DNA from: an uncultured delta proteobacterium
GTDB lineage: Bacteria > Desulfobacterota > Desulfomonilia > Desulfomonilales > Desulfomonilaceae
DNA length: 64,000 nt
NCBI GenBank assembly: GCA_963789265.1
Contig: CAWBKB010000001.1
Location: forward strand, 608,001-672,000
Direction: 5' to 3'
Shown: one piece after another, positions 1 through 10,515 of the stretch
How positions within the stretch are numbered: the stretch's first letter is position 1
Layout of the letters: each line of letters begins with the position of its first letter
Made by a program: the position numbers and the translations under genes
Notes under the pieces: generated by a model
Seen by the model: only the letters and a program-made list of their open reading frames with translations
What the model was told of the DNA's origin: nothing
Databases searched by the model: none

Positions 1-3
1 ATA

Positions 4-680
4 ATGAGAGTTGTTCCGATTAATATCGAGATCGACGCGGATCACCAGGTGCGGCCGTACGAAGACCTCCGGCGCACTCTCGAGGCGGCCAAGTCGTTTC
101 AACTGATGGACTGTATTTGCAAGAAGGAGAGGGGGCTTATAGGCGAGCCGTGCAAGCATCCGATGGAGGTATGCATGGCCTTTTCCAATTCCGATGGCGC
201 GTTCGACAAATATCCGTTGGGCAGAGCCATATCCAGAGAAGAAGCCCTGCAAGTAGTAAAGAAATGCGACGAAGATGGGCTCGTCCACATGACGTACAAT
301 GTGCAGAACAACCAGATGTTTGTCTGCAACTGCTGCTCTTGCTGCTGCGGCGTGATCAGAGGAATGATGCATTATAACGCGCCGAACATTATGGCAAAGA
401 GCAACTATCACGCCGAGATAAACCAGGAAACGTGTGCCTCATGCGGAGTATGCGCGGATGAAAGATGTCCTGTAAAGGCGATTGCCGAAAAAGACGGCGG
501 ATATGAGGTCCAGCAGGATCGTTGCATAGGGTGCGGGGTTTGTGTCCCAACCTGCGCCACGGACTCAATCACTTTGGTGCGCAAGCCGGACGCTGCCCAT
601 GAGACCCCTCCCGATCACATCATGGATTGGTACTTCAAGCGCGGTGCGAGAGCAGGGGAACAAAGATTGTCGTGGATTAG
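4..680 (+). CDS. 4Fe-4S dicluster domain protein (5' partial; probable frameshift ~645)
   Basis: CICKK, VCNCCSCCC and two CxxCxxC...CP ferredoxin motifs. A frame change near 645 gives ...ESRGTKIVVD-TAG(678-680), whereas the ORF-track tail to 789 runs into a repeat element. Confidence 0.8.
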
Positions 681-777
681 GACGATTCTCGTGCCGATTC
701 GCAACCGAACGGGAGATAGTCAACTGGATCCAGGACGGATCTGTCAAAGCGCAGAACCGTGGCACCCAGCGCATGCG

Positions 778-943
778 CATAGGCGCTAACTTAAGGCAAT
801 CTTGTTACTTTTGAATAGCCATCTGCCATCAAAGTCCCCCTTTTCTAAAGGGGGATTTAGGGGGATTTTCAAAGAGTTAGACTAAAATCCCCCCTAACCC
901 CCCTTTACGAAAGGGGGGGGAAATCGTTAAGTTAGCGCCTATG
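778..943. mobile_element. MITE, CAT-terminus (IS4/IS231-like) family carrying a CCCCCTTT..AAAGGGGG REP doublet
   Basis: Perfect 17-bp TIR CATAGGCGCTAACTTAA/TTAAGTTAGCGCCTATG; 10-bp flanking duplication AGCGCATGCG/AGCACATGCG. Confidence 0.85.
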
Positions 944-1042
944 AGCACATGCGGGAATCGGGTAGGGCGGCCCGTGGCCGCCGTCCCGCGCCTCGCGGGA
1001 TCGGGCACGGCCCGACCTACTCCCGGGCCAAATCGGGGTGAC
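944..1042. repeat. REP-like composite (GTAG hairpin doublet inside dRS3-like arms)
   Basis: Near-identical to 13735-13812 (GGGAATCG.GTAGGGCGGCCCGTGGCCGCCGTCCCGCGCCTCGCGGGATCGGGCA.GGCCC.ACCTAC). Confidence 0.8.
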
Positions 1043-1067
1043 GGCTCGTGAGTAAGGCGTCAAACAA

Positions 1068-2580
1068 TCAGCCCCTTTCTGACAAACGCAAGCCTTTTGG
1101 AACAAACAACCGTTCCGAAAATTCGAAAACCCCTTGCACCAGAAGTGCGAGCAGCGCGGCCGGAACGGCTCCCTGCATGATCAGACCGATATCATCAAGT
1201 CTGATGCCGGTAAGAATAGGCTGGCCGTAACCGCCGGCACCGATCAGAGCGCCCAGAGTTGCAGTTCCGACATTGATTACCGCGGATGTCTTGATCCCGG
1301 CCAGAATCGCTCTAGATGCCATCGGCAGCTCGACCAGCCACAACCTTGCCATCGGAGGAAGGCCAATCGCCTCGGCGCTTTCTCTAATACCCGAGGGAAT
1401 ATCGTGGATTCCGATATAAGTGTTACGTATGATCGGCAAAAGGCTGTACAGAAAAAGCGCGGCCAACGCGGGGGGACCGCCGATCCCCAGCAGGGGAATC
1501 ATGAAAACGAGAAGAGCCAGAGAGGGAATGGTTTGGATAAGTCCCGCCAGGCTCAGAATAATCTGTCCTATTCTGGGCCGTTTCGCCGCGACAATACCCA
1601 GAGGCACTGAGATAATGATCGCAGCAATCAACGATATTCCCACTAGATAGAGATGCTCCCGTGTGTTTCGCCAAAGTCTGTTAACCGCGCTATGGTTTCG
1701 AACCTTAGCGTTTATGGAGAGTTTCTTTGCCAGGAAGTCAGCCGCAATCGTGTCCTCGGGTACTTTGTCGATCTTGGCTCGAGCGTTCATCTCGATCATT
1801 GCGGTCTCTGTAATTTGTCCTTCAAGTTTGGCAAGCTCGTCCACCACCCGCGGAGCACGCTTGGTCAAATCTTTTCCGTAAAGTATTACCGCGTTATAAA
1901 GCGGAAAGTAGTGGAGGTCGTCTCTCAACACGCAGAGATTGTAATATCCGATTTCAGCATCGGTGGAGTAGAGGTCTGTGGCCTGAATCGAACCGCTCTC
2001 CAGCCCGCGGTAAGCAAGATCATGGTCCATCCCGTAAACATGTTTCTGGGGTAGCCCATAGCGTTTCGAGGCCCGGCCAGCCGTCGGACCGATCCATGAA
2101 CTCATTGCTGAAGCCAAACCTGATTTCGGGGTGGTTGCGCAGGTCTGAAATCTTGGTGATGTGCTGTTTTTTGCACGTTCCTTGCTCCATGCCGATGGCA
2201 TAGTTGTCGCTGAATCCCAGCGAACGTGTCATCATAATTCCGTGTTCGCCCAAAGCCTTTCTTAATGCATCTTCGTCGTTTATGCTTTTATCAGCCAGTA
2301 TTTCCTGGATAATCGTGCCGGTATACTCTGGATAAATATCTATTTCACCTTTCAGCAGAGCATCCCACAGCACTCTCGTTCCACCCAGTTCCAGCCTCTC
2401 CACAGACTGCGCACCAGCGTGGCGGACGAGGATCGACACCATGTCGCCCAAGATCACGGACTCGGTGAACTTCTTGGAGCCTACCGTCACCTCGGGTGTT
2501 GTTCCGTCAACCGGCAAGGCGTTAGATAGAAATATAGCGATCGACAGCGCCGACAGGAAAATAATGCCTGATGTTTTCAC
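1068..2580 (-). CDS. Glycine betaine/osmoprotectant ABC transporter, fused substrate-binding + permease (frameshifted ~2067)
   Basis: N-terminal GSKKFTESVILG...IDIYPEYTGT (OpuAC/OsmF-type SBP) in ORF 2020-2652 joins the permease with QTIPSLALL and an EAA loop in ORF 1068-2201. Confidence 0.85.
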
Positions 2581-3329
2581 TGGGTGATCTGATCCAGCGC
2601 ACCATGCGAATTGCGCTGTGCGTTGACGAAACGAGTTACAAACGGATCGCAAGGCGAACTGATAAGGTCGTCGAGCGCACCTCTCTGCACGATCCCGCCG
2701 TCCTTCATAAGGACTATAATGTCCCCAAAATAAGCAGCTTCTGCCATGTCGTGGGTAACCAAAACCACGGTTTTCTTTAATGCCTGAAAAACTTTCTTCA
2801 AGTGGATCTGCAAGTCTGCACGTATCATCGGGTCGAGCGCGCCAAGAGGTTCGTCCATTAGCAGCACGTCGGGATCGAACATCAGTGCCCGCATGAGGCT
2901 GACTCTTTGTCGTTGTCCACCAGAAAGTTGCACGGGAAAGCGGTCAAGTCCGTCATGAGGGAATTGTGCCAGATCGGAGAGTTCATCGATCTTTTTCCCG
3001 ATTCTGTCTTTGCTCCAGCCGACATAACGGGCCATGAGAGTTACGTTATCGCGTGCCGTAAGGTGAGGAAAGAGTCCGCCTTCTTGGATGACGTATCCCA
3101 TTTCTCTACGAAGGGAGAGGACAGCCTCCGGTAAAACCTGAGTTTCCTTAAAATACACCGAGCCGGAATCCGGATATGTGAGGCCGATGATCAATCGAAG
3201 CAATGTTGATTTTCCGCAACCGCTCGGGCCAATTAGAGATGTTGTAATACCTTGCTGGAACGTCAGATTGATTGCCCTGAGAGCACTTACATGGCCATAA
3301 GTCTTGGTGACGTTTTTCAGATGAATCAT
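2577..3329 (-). CDS. Osmoprotectant ABC transporter ATP-binding subunit
   Basis: GPSGCGKS, GYVIQEGGLFPH, LSGGQ, LLMDEP; overlaps the permease start. Confidence 0.92.
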   Translation of the reverse strand: MIHLKNVTKTYGHVSALRAINLTFQQGITTSLIGPSGCGKSTLLRLIIGLTYPDSGSVYFKETQVLPEAVLSLRREMGYVIQEGGLFPHLTARDNVTLMARYVGWSKDRIGKKIDELSDLAQFPHDGLDRFPVQLSGGQRQRVSLMRALMFDPDVLLMDEPLGALDPMIRADLQIHLKKVFQALKKTVVLVTHDMAEAAYFGDIIVLMKDGGIVQRGALDDLISSPCDPFVTRFVNAQRNSHGALDQITQ

Positions 3330-3343
3330 GAGCTAAGGACCAA

Positions 3344-3577
3344 TACCGATTCGCTTTCAAGCAAGTGATACTGTGTTTCTGGTGGGACAGTCACGCCCGG
3401 GCGTGATTGCCTGTCGTCGTGCCCGCGTACGCGGCTGTAGGGGCGAATGGCATTCGCCCTGGGCGACCGCCGGTCGCCCCTACCATCCCGGGATCGGAGT
3501 CCGGGGTGATCCCGCGGAACGTGGGATGCCCACTATATCCTGTCTAGGATTGTCACCTCTTTGACAGCGCAACAGTA
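3344..3577. mobile_element. Non-autonomous element (degenerate IS630-like TA ends) with nested REP hairpins
   Basis: Left TACCGATTCGCTTTCAAGCAAGTGATA matches 58933. Right TATATCCTGTCTAGGATTGTCAC...TTGACAGCGCAACAGTA matches 8516-8562 and 59116. Confidence 0.65.
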
Positions 3578-3674
3578 TAAAAGAAGATGCAATTGATGTG
3601 CTCTCAATCTCACTCTCCTCGGCGACGACGTGTTTGCACCGATTCGGAGATGCCGCGAAATTCGTGTTTCTGTC

Positions 3675-4628
3675 TTATCGCAAAGGTCCTAGCGGCCGCT
3701 CCAGGGAAGCCCGATCCCATTTTCCCAGGTTTGCCGCGGCTTCATACGTGCTCTGGAGGAAAGCCAGGAGCATTTCATCCGGCTGCTCGGATCCACGCAC
3801 CACCTCATACGGGAGAATGAATTCGCTCATCTCGGTGCTGTAATACGCCTCTTTCGTACGGATAGGCGCTTCTTTGAAGCCCATCGGCTCTGGGTACGCA
3901 TAAGCATAAAAGGCAGGTTCGGGAATTGCCCCGCCTCCCGGCCAGAACCCACAACTGCTTACTTCATGCGAATAGGCTTCTCGCACCACGAAGTCTGCAA
4001 TAGCGGGCACGCCGCCAGGATGCTCGGGCGCACGCCTCCCGGAAAAACGGGTGACGGCCATATCGAATGCCCCCCAAAAGAAGTGCACAGGACTGCACTT
4101 CCCGACGAAGCCCGACCGAAAGTGTTTCAGAATCCGATCGGTCTGCGCCATGATCCGCCAGCACCGCGCGGCGTATTCGGCATCGTAGGAAGCATGCTGA
4201 TCGTCTTCCTCGAAAGGAATACGTTCCGGCACTTCAACCGGCGTGGTCCAAATATTCACATCAATATCGAGAGAGTGCAGGACGGCCATCAGCTCCCGAT
4301 AAAAATCAGCCACCGATCGCCCGCCCAGAGGCAATGTCCGGACGGCACCATCACTTGTTTGTACAACCAATTGATGGTCGATGAAATCGAAGTCGATCTC
4401 GAAAGTGCGTTGTTGGTAAGGAATGGCTGACGTGGTGAGTCCGCGAGCAGTCACATATAGAGTCACCTGCCACCAGTGATTGATGTGCGGGCTCAGCATG
4501 AGTCGGATCTTCCCGACGATCTGAGTCAACATGTGGAGCGTAGTGCAGGTGTCCTTCCAATCATTTAACGGCAGGCTCGGCCAGGCATCGTAATGCAACA
4601 CACCATAATTCGTTTCGCTGTTCGTCAT
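3675..4628 (-). CDS. DUF5996-family protein
   Basis: TLHMLTQIVGKIRL, NHWWQVTLY, SPVHFFWGAFDMAVTRFSGR and REAYSHEVSSCGFWPG motifs. Confidence 0.85.
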   Translation of the reverse strand: MTNSETNYGVLHYDAWPSLPLNDWKDTCTTLHMLTQIVGKIRLMLSPHINHWWQVTLYVTARGLTTSAIPYQQRTFEIDFDFIDHQLVVQTSDGAVRTLPLGGRSVADFYRELMAVLHSLDIDVNIWTTPVEVPERIPFEEDDQHASYDAEYAARCWRIMAQTDRILKHFRSGFVGKCSPVHFFWGAFDMAVTRFSGRRAPEHPGGVPAIADFVVREAYSHEVSSCGFWPGGGAIPEPAFYAYAYPEPMGFKEAPIRTKEAYYSTEMSEFILPYEVVRGSEQPDEMLLAFLQSTYEAAANLGKWDRASLERPLGPLR

Positions 4629-4747
4629 TTAAGTCCCCCTGGTGCTGTGCCCCAAAAGGGCAGTTCAATTTTACCGAATACGTTGCCAGTTTCTATTTAT
4701 GAGTACACAAATTTTAGGATTCACGCCAGGGGAAAAAAAGAATTCGA

Positions 4748-4947
4748 GTAATCATTCAATTGCGAGCGGTGAAGGACTGTCATTGCGAGCGAAGCGAAGC
4801 AATCTCTTCCTTTAAACCCCACTCAGATTGCCAGTGGGACGGGCATCCTGCCCGTCGTCCACAATAGACGGGCAGGATGCCCGTCCCACTATTCACTCCT
4901 CGCAATGACAAGGGGGAGACAATTCCCCCGCGTAAGTGAACCATTAC
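4748..4947. mobile_element. MITE, IS66-like GTAA ends, carrying GTCATTGCGAG and GTGGGAC REPs
   Basis: Ends GTAATCATTCAA/GTGAACCATTAC; exact 8-bp TSD GAATTCGA (4740-4747, 4948-4955); inverted copy at 25289-25487. Confidence 0.88.
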
Positions 4948-5067
4948 GAATTCGATGTTTCATTACCGGCAAAAATACCGGAATGCTTGCAGTGACTCTT
5001 GAAAGTAGTTACCGAAATGGAAGATGATTTGGTGGTGGCGGGCATCTTGCAGTGGAGATGGGCATCC

Positions 5068-5279
5068 AAAACTATCTCAAAACCCCCTGAACAGGACGAA
5101 ATCGTAACACGGAATCCCCTCACCCTGACCCTCTCCCAAAGGGCGAGGGGACTCCAATAGCCTCCTTGGTGCCGCTCCCTCTCCTTCTGGGAGAGGGAGC
5201 GGGGTGAGGGCAACAACTATACGAATGAGACCTAATCGTGGCACGATGTTGGGCATCAAGATAGTTTTGAGACAGTTTC
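5068..5279. mobile_element. MITE, IS1182-like ends, carrying a CCCTCACCC..CCCTCTCCC REP doublet
   Basis: AAAACTATCTCAAAA/TTTTGAGACAGTTTC; 4-bp TSD ATCC; interrupts a GGGCATCCTGCCCG REP. Confidence 0.85.
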
Positions 5280-5379
5280 ATCCTGCCCGTCCACCGGTGA
5301 CAACCTGTCCCACCGCACTGTGACATTGTGGTGAGCTTCTAGTGGGGACCGCGATTGCGATCCCCTGCGCCCTGAAGCT

Positions 5380-6261
5380 TTACTTCATAGTCTCTTTGGC
5401 CGCGGTCAAGGTGTTTTTCATCAGCATGGCAATAGTCATGGGGCCAACACCGCCGGGGACCGGCGTAATGGCAGCGGCTTTTTCCTTCACCTCGTCAAAA
5501 GCCACGTCGCCGACCAGCTTCCAGCCTCTTTCAGTTCCGGGAGCTTCCACGCGGTTGATTCCAACATCTATTACCACCGCTCCCTCTTTCACCATATCGC
5601 CTTTGCAGAACTCGGGTACTCCGATGGCCGCTATGACGATGTCCGCAGCCCTGCAGCGCTCTTTGAGGTTTTTCGTCCTGGTGTGGCACATGGTTACCGT
5701 GGCGTTCCTATCGCGCTGATCGAGCATGTTGGACAGCGGTCGGCCTACGATGTTACTACGACCCAGGATGACTACGTCTGCGCCCTCGGTTTTGAAACCG
5801 CCCCGGTCGATAAGCTCGAGCACGCCGGCAGGTGTGCACGGCAGAAAACGCACCTCGCCGATGCTGATCAAGCCGACATTGTAGGGGTGGAAGCAATCCA
5901 CATCCTTTTCCGGCAGGATAGAACGCAGAATTTTTGTTTCCTCGAACCCTCTGCCCTTGGGAAGGGGCAGTTGACAGAGTATCCCGTGTACGGATTTGTC
6001 TTTGTTGTACCCATCAACTACGTCCAGAAGTTGCTCCATAGTAGCTTCCGCAGGGAGTCTGGATTCAAGGGATATAATCCCGATATACTCACAGGCTTTC
6101 TTCTTGTTGGCGACGTACACCTTAGAGGCCGGGTCCTCGCCCACGAGAATAACCGCCAGACACGGTTGCAGCCCCTGGGCCTTCAGTTTGACGACCTCTT
6201 CTTTCATCTCGTCTTTGAGTTGTTGTGACACTTCGTTTCCGCTGATAATTTTGGCCGACAT
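5380..6261 (-). CDS. folD: Bifunctional methylene-THF dehydrogenase/cyclohydrolase
   Basis: YVANKKKAC, KDVDCFHP, PCTPAG, GRSNIVGRP, TPVPGGVGPMT; RBS GGAGGAGG upstream of ATG 6261. Confidence 0.96.
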   Translation of the reverse strand: MSAKIISGNEVSQQLKDEMKEEVVKLKAQGLQPCLAVILVGEDPASKVYVANKKKACEYIGIISLESRLPAEATMEQLLDVVDGYNKDKSVHGILCQLPLPKGRGFEETKILRSILPEKDVDCFHPYNVGLISIGEVRFLPCTPAGVLELIDRGGFKTEGADVVILGRSNIVGRPLSNMLDQRDRNATVTMCHTRTKNLKERCRAADIVIAAIGVPEFCKGDMVKEGAVVIDVGINRVEAPGTERGWKLVGDVAFDEVKEKAAAITPVPGGVGPMTIAMLMKNTLTAAKETMK

Positions 6262-6328
6262 GCAGTCCTCCTCCTTTATACTCACGACTTAAATCAGTCC
6301 GCTCGCTTTTGGCCTGATTAGGTATACA

Positions 6329-6531
6329 ATAATAGTTAACCGCGGAGAACACAGAAACCGCCGAGAATTCTGTTTCGCTACGGGTCTATCCGCTGGAGCA
6401 CTGCAAGTCTTGGCCTGCGTCAGCGACAATTTCGGCCTGACTGTAAGCATGGGTGACTCAAGCGACGTTCTCTGCGAACTCTGCGGGGATCCCGCGCGGA
6501 ACGCGGGATTGATTGCCGGGTGAACGGTTAC
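6329..6531. mobile_element. MITE, IS66-like ends, with CCGCGGAG..CTCTGCGG REP cargo
   Basis: Right end GTGAACGGTTAC, degenerate left ATAATAGTTAAC; exact 8-bp TSD GGTATACA. Confidence 0.8.
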
Positions 6532-6632
6532 GGTATACACGATACTACAAAGCGGGTGCCCCGTCTCGCTCATCTCAAGCCGCAGCAGCCAATCTACTTC
6601 AAGCATTCTACCTGAGATCTCGCAAAATGGCT

Positions 6633-7400
6633 TTATTTAGTCTCAGGTTCCAGTGCCGCGGCAATTTTTTCAACGGCCTGCAAGATTTCAGGAGCGTCCA
6701 GGGAAGGGGGGCGGCTCTCCAGGTCCGCTGTGGCTATTTCCTCCGAGAAGGGAAGAATTCCTATCAGCGGGATGCCATCCAAATTGCTGTGCAGAAATTC
6801 TTCCTGCTGAGCATTTCGAACTTTGCTCCCCACCGCTGCCACGTTGTAAAGGCCGATGTCCTGTGTCAGCTCCCGCACCTTGGCTGCAGTTTCGATGCTT
6901 CTGCGACCTGGCTCGACGACTATCACGAGTCTGTCCACCCCTTGGGCTGTGCCTCGACCAAGGTGCTCGATCCCCGCTTCCATGTCCATTATCACTCGAT
7001 CCTTCCGGTACAGAACCAGGTGGTTTACCAGGGCCTTGAGAAGGACGCTTTCCGGGCAGATGCAGCCGCCTCCGCCTTTCTTGACGGTACCCATGACCAA
7101 CAGACGAACCCCGTCTTTTTCCCGGCCCAGTGATTCGGGGAGATCCTCGACGTGAGGGTTCATCTTGAAGAAGCCACCCACCGTTCCCGGCTGGACTCCT
7201 GTTCGCTCGTGGATAAGCTTTTCCATTTTGGCCACAGGAACCAGGTCTGTGGTGTCTATGCCAAGAGCCGAGCCCAGGTTAGCGTCCGGGTCTGCATCGA
7301 CGGCCAACACTCTGTAGCCCTCGCGAGCCCAGTACCGAGCCAACAGACTGCTCAGCGTTGTCTTGCCTACCCCTCCTTTTCCGGATATCGCTATTTTCAT
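6633..7400 (-). CDS. cooC: CO dehydrogenase/ACS nickel-insertion ATPase (CooC/AcsF)
   Basis: GKGGVGKT, DADPDANL, GGGGCICPE, DMEAGIEHLGRGT. Confidence 0.93.
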   Translation of the reverse strand: MKIAISGKGGVGKTTLSSLLARYWAREGYRVLAVDADPDANLGSALGIDTTDLVPVAKMEKLIHERTGVQPGTVGGFFKMNPHVEDLPESLGREKDGVRLLVMGTVKKGGGGCICPESVLLKALVNHLVLYRKDRVIMDMEAGIEHLGRGTAQGVDRLVIVVEPGRRSIETAAKVRELTQDIGLYNVAAVGSKVRNAQQEEFLHSNLDGIPLIGILPFSEEIATADLESRPPSLDAPEILQAVEKIAAALEPETK

Positions 7401-7474
7401 GATAATCCTCTTACCGCGCTAAATTAGGCAAATCGCCACTTTTAACATGCGCACTGCTAAGTCATGAAGGAAGC

Positions 7475-8119
7475 TCACCCGCGAGCAGCTTTCAACAATT
7501 CCAAGACGGCCATTTGTCCTGCAACGGCCATGTCTTCCGCACTAAAGAATTGGTCCGCTGTCTCGTCGAACAATACAGTGGCCTCGGGAGGAAATTCCTC
7601 ATCCCCTTTCCAGACAATGCAACTGACCGGAAGACATGGGAAATAAGGCAGTTCTACCGCTGCGTCTCCGGTCTGAACGATCTTTCCGTTCAGTTTTTCG
7701 GCCGCAGCGATCATGGGAGCAGGGTCCTTTCCGAACACCTGGATAAGAATTTCTTTCGTCCTGCGGTTGAAAGCAGGCTCGTAAAAGTGACCGTCCCTGA
7801 ACTCTCGGAAATGTTTGAGCCGTGCTGTTGGCTGTCGGCCGTCGGCATTGTTCAGATAATGAAGGGTTAGGATGGCCAGCCATATCGGGGCATCTTCATC
7901 GGTCTCTTTGATTGAAAATCGGTGCGTATCCACATTCAAGAGGATCTTTCTATCCAAGTGCGGAACAATCACAGTTCGATCTTCGAAAAGGGCTCCGGCT
8001 TTTTGTGCGATTCTGCCGGGGTCCTTCCGGCTGAAAATCTCTAGGCCGATTTTTAGGGCTTGCTCGTAATTGTCCTGTTTAGGAAGCTCAGGATGGGACA
8101 AATCTTTTATGTTCAACAT
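7475..8119 (-). CDS. DUF3786-domain protein
   Basis: ILTLHYL, FREFRDGHFY, WKGDEEFPPEATVLFD, SAED. The ORF-track extension to 8320 lies in repeat DNA. Confidence 0.8.
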   Translation of the reverse strand: MLNIKDLSHPELPKQDNYEQALKIGLEIFSRKDPGRIAQKAGALFEDRTVIVPHLDRKILLNVDTHRFSIKETDEDAPIWLAILTLHYLNNADGRQPTARLKHFREFRDGHFYEPAFNRRTKEILIQVFGKDPAPMIAAAEKLNGKIVQTGDAAVELPYFPCLPVSCIVWKGDEEFPPEATVLFDETADQFFSAEDMAVAGQMAVLELLKAARG

Positions 8120-8313
8120 GAACTGATATCCAGACTGGAAGGGCTTAAAGCCACAGCGGTTGCCAAAAAAAATGTCCGCTCGTCCGACGCTTAGAATGCT
8201 GAACATGCTTCGCTGTGGACGTTTAGCCGTCATTCTCGCGTACGCGGGAATCCACTGTAGGGGCACCCCTCGTGGGTGCCCACAAGAGGGCAGACACAAT
8301 CCCGCGTCACGCG

Positions 8314-8493
8314 CATTCACGTTAAGTTAAGTGCGCCGCGTAATAAAAACTGCTGTTCAACATGTAGGATGTGCTGAACCCTGCCAAAGCAGGGGAAGCG
8401 CATCGGCCGCTTCAGCGCTCCGTCTTACACAATCGATGCGCTTCGCTTCGCTCAGCACATCCTACAAAATTGCTGCTTAACTTAACGCCTATG
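8314..8493. mobile_element. MITE, CAT-terminus family, carrying a GTAG-type REP doublet
   Basis: CATTCACGTTAAGTTAAG/CTTAACTTAACGCCTATG; exact 11-bp TSD CGCGTCACGCG; cargo GTAGGATGTGCTGA...TCAGCACATCCTAC. Confidence 0.88.
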
Positions 8494-8567
8494 CGCGTCA
8501 CGCGGGACTGCCCCTACATATCCTGTCTAGGATTATCACTCGCTTGACGGTCCACCAGTATAAGCCC

Positions 8568-10148
8568 CTATATGGTCAAGCGCCGCACCGACACCACGTT
8601 CTCAATAGTCTTTAGGGCATCCAAGGACTCGTCGTTCGCTTTGGAATCGGTGTTGAGGAACAACAGGGCCTGCCCGCCTTGTTTCCGGCGAGCAAATTGA
8701 AAATGAGAAATGTTGATTCCTTTGTCACCGAGGGTGGCGCCCACTCTTCCAATGACTCCTGGCTTGTCCACGCCGTCAATAAGGATGAGATGACCCGACA
8801 AGTCAAATTCACCGCGGAAGTCGCCGTAACACACCATTCTGGGCTCGGACCTCCCAAACAGAGTCCCCTCCACTAAGTGCTCCCTTCGTTCGGTCGAAAC
8901 TTTATAGCGGAGCAGGGAGAGGAAGCTTTCTGCTTTGCTGACTCTCGTCTCAGAAACGACAATCCCTCTCTCCGCGGCCACCATCGGAGCATTTACCTGG
9001 TTCACGTCATCCTGCATGATCGGCGTGAGAAGTCCGGTAAGAAACGAAGTGGTAATGGGCTTGATCGCCATATTCGTCACATCGCCTGAATACTGGGCTT
9101 CAACGCTTTTGATCCCGGTCTGAATTATCTGGCCAAGGAACGAGCCCAGTCTATTGGAAAGATCGAGATACGGCTGCAAAGTCACCAGAGCTTCACCGGA
9201 AAGAGCCGGCGCATTCACCGCGTTCCGAATCGTTCCATTCTGGAGATAATCCCTTATCTGGTCGGCCACAGCAATAGCTACGTTGTCCTGTGCTTCTTTG
9301 GTTGATGCTCCAAGATGAGGGGTGCAGACAACCTGATCCAGCTCGATCAATCGCGTTTTGCCGGGGGGTTCCACCGAATACACATCAATTGCAGCACCCG
9401 CGACCTTGCCTGATTCTATAGCATCGGCCAAGTCTTCCTCATTTACCACGGGCCCGCGGGAACAGTTCACAATGCGGACTCCGGGGCGCATTTTCGCTAT
9501 ATTCTTGGAACAGATGAGCCCTCTGGTCTCATCTGTAAGTGGCACGTGCAGGGTAATGATGTCAGCCTCCTTGAAAACGTCGTCGAGGGAGCCCAACCTG
9601 ATTCCCATCTGCTTCGCCTGCTCTTCGGACAGAAATGGGTCATAGGCTATAACATTCATTCCAAGGCCCATTGCTCGGTCTGAAACGACAGACCCGATCT
9701 TGCCCAGTCCAATCACGCCAAGGGTCTTGTTGTAAATTTCCATCCCCGAAAACTTCTTCTTTTCCCATTTTGCCTGTTTCATGGACATATTGGCTTGGGG
9801 TATGTTCCTGGCGAGAGCCATCATCATGGAAAGGGTGTGCTCGGCAGTGGTAACGGTATTCCCTCCCGGCGTGTTCATCACCACTATGCCTCTCTTGGAC
9901 GCAGCAGGTATGTCAACATTATCAAGGCCCGTGCCGGCTCGTCCGACAACTTTGAGGTTGTGGGCGGCCGCGATCACATCCGCGGTCACTTTGGTCGCAC
10001 CCCGTACGGCCAGGCCGTGGTATTCGCCGATGATTTGTTTAAGTTCATCGGGGCTGAGGCCGACTTTGACGTCCACTTCGATGCCTTCGGCGTCGCGAAG
10101 GATCTTCACACCCAATTCAGACAAATTGTCCGATACAAGGACCTTCAC
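8568..10148 (-). CDS. serA: D-3-phosphoglycerate dehydrogenase
   Basis: GRAGTGLDNVD, GLGKIG, TPHLGAST, C-terminal ASB/ACT domains; RBS AAGGAGG. Confidence 0.96.
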   Translation of the reverse strand: MKVLVSDNLSELGVKILRDAEGIEVDVKVGLSPDELKQIIGEYHGLAVRGATKVTADVIAAAHNLKVVGRAGTGLDNVDIPAASKRGIVVMNTPGGNTVTTAEHTLSMMMALARNIPQANMSMKQAKWEKKKFSGMEIYNKTLGVIGLGKIGSVVSDRAMGLGMNVIAYDPFLSEEQAKQMGIRLGSLDDVFKEADIITLHVPLTDETRGLICSKNIAKMRPGVRIVNCSRGPVVNEEDLADAIESGKVAGAAIDVYSVEPPGKTRLIELDQVVCTPHLGASTKEAQDNVAIAVADQIRDYLQNGTIRNAVNAPALSGEALVTLQPYLDLSNRLGSFLGQIIQTGIKSVEAQYSGDVTNMAIKPITTSFLTGLLTPIMQDDVNQVNAPMVAAERGIVVSETRVSKAESFLSLLRYKVSTERREHLVEGTLFGRSEPRMVCYGDFRGEFDLSGHLILIDGVDKPGVIGRVGATLGDKGINISHFQFARRKQGGQALLFLNTDSKANDESLDALKTIENVVSVRRLTI

Positions 10149-10479
10149 CGTTCGTTCCTCCTTTATTTTAGGCTAAATCACGCACACTCGGCTTGAGTTC
10201 AGGGTCCGAACATGTGAAGCTTGGTTTTGATGCCTCGCAATGTTCCCGTCGCCCAATGATGACGGCAAACCAATCGCCTGCGCCGGGACGATAGTTTGCT
10301 TCTCGTGATTGAACGCTACCCAACCCGCCCGGCAAAAACCTCCTCCCGAGGAGTCTGAGGAGAATATTCGGCCAAAAGAATGTCACAAATTATGGAGTGA
10401 TATTTGTTTATCAGGAACTGTCCGGCATGTCAAGAAACGTTCCATTTTTGTAAAGTCGGTCAACTTTATAATGTAATAC

Positions 10480-10508
10480 TTGACGCTTTGCACGTTAGAC
10501 TTTAAGAT
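10480..10508 (+). promoter_or_regulatory. Sigma70-like promoter
   Basis: TTGACG-17 bp-TAAGAT upstream of the slt gene. Confidence 0.5.
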
Positions 10509-10515
10509 TGGCTCA

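Noticed and set aside
830..925. Repeated hairpins as a possible CRISPR array
   Set aside because: No regular repeat-spacer periodicity and no cas genes; these are inverted REP doublets.
3534..3548. TATATCCTGTC (also near 8517 and 59116) matches the T-DNA border/IncP oriT nick core
   Set aside because: It is a fixed internal part of one repeat family, with no relaxase or transfer genes in the window; likely coincidence.
4944..5326. Short ORFs over repeats (also 13377, 15130, 28113, 40130, 40542, 52416) and N-terminal ORF extensions into repeats
   Set aside because: Translations of palindromic repeat DNA (LWERVRVRG, TPAFAGVT) without RBS or domain support.
6262..6632. ZTP/THF riboswitch expected upstream of folD
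   Set aside because: No consensus motifs found; the structure is explained by the MITE.
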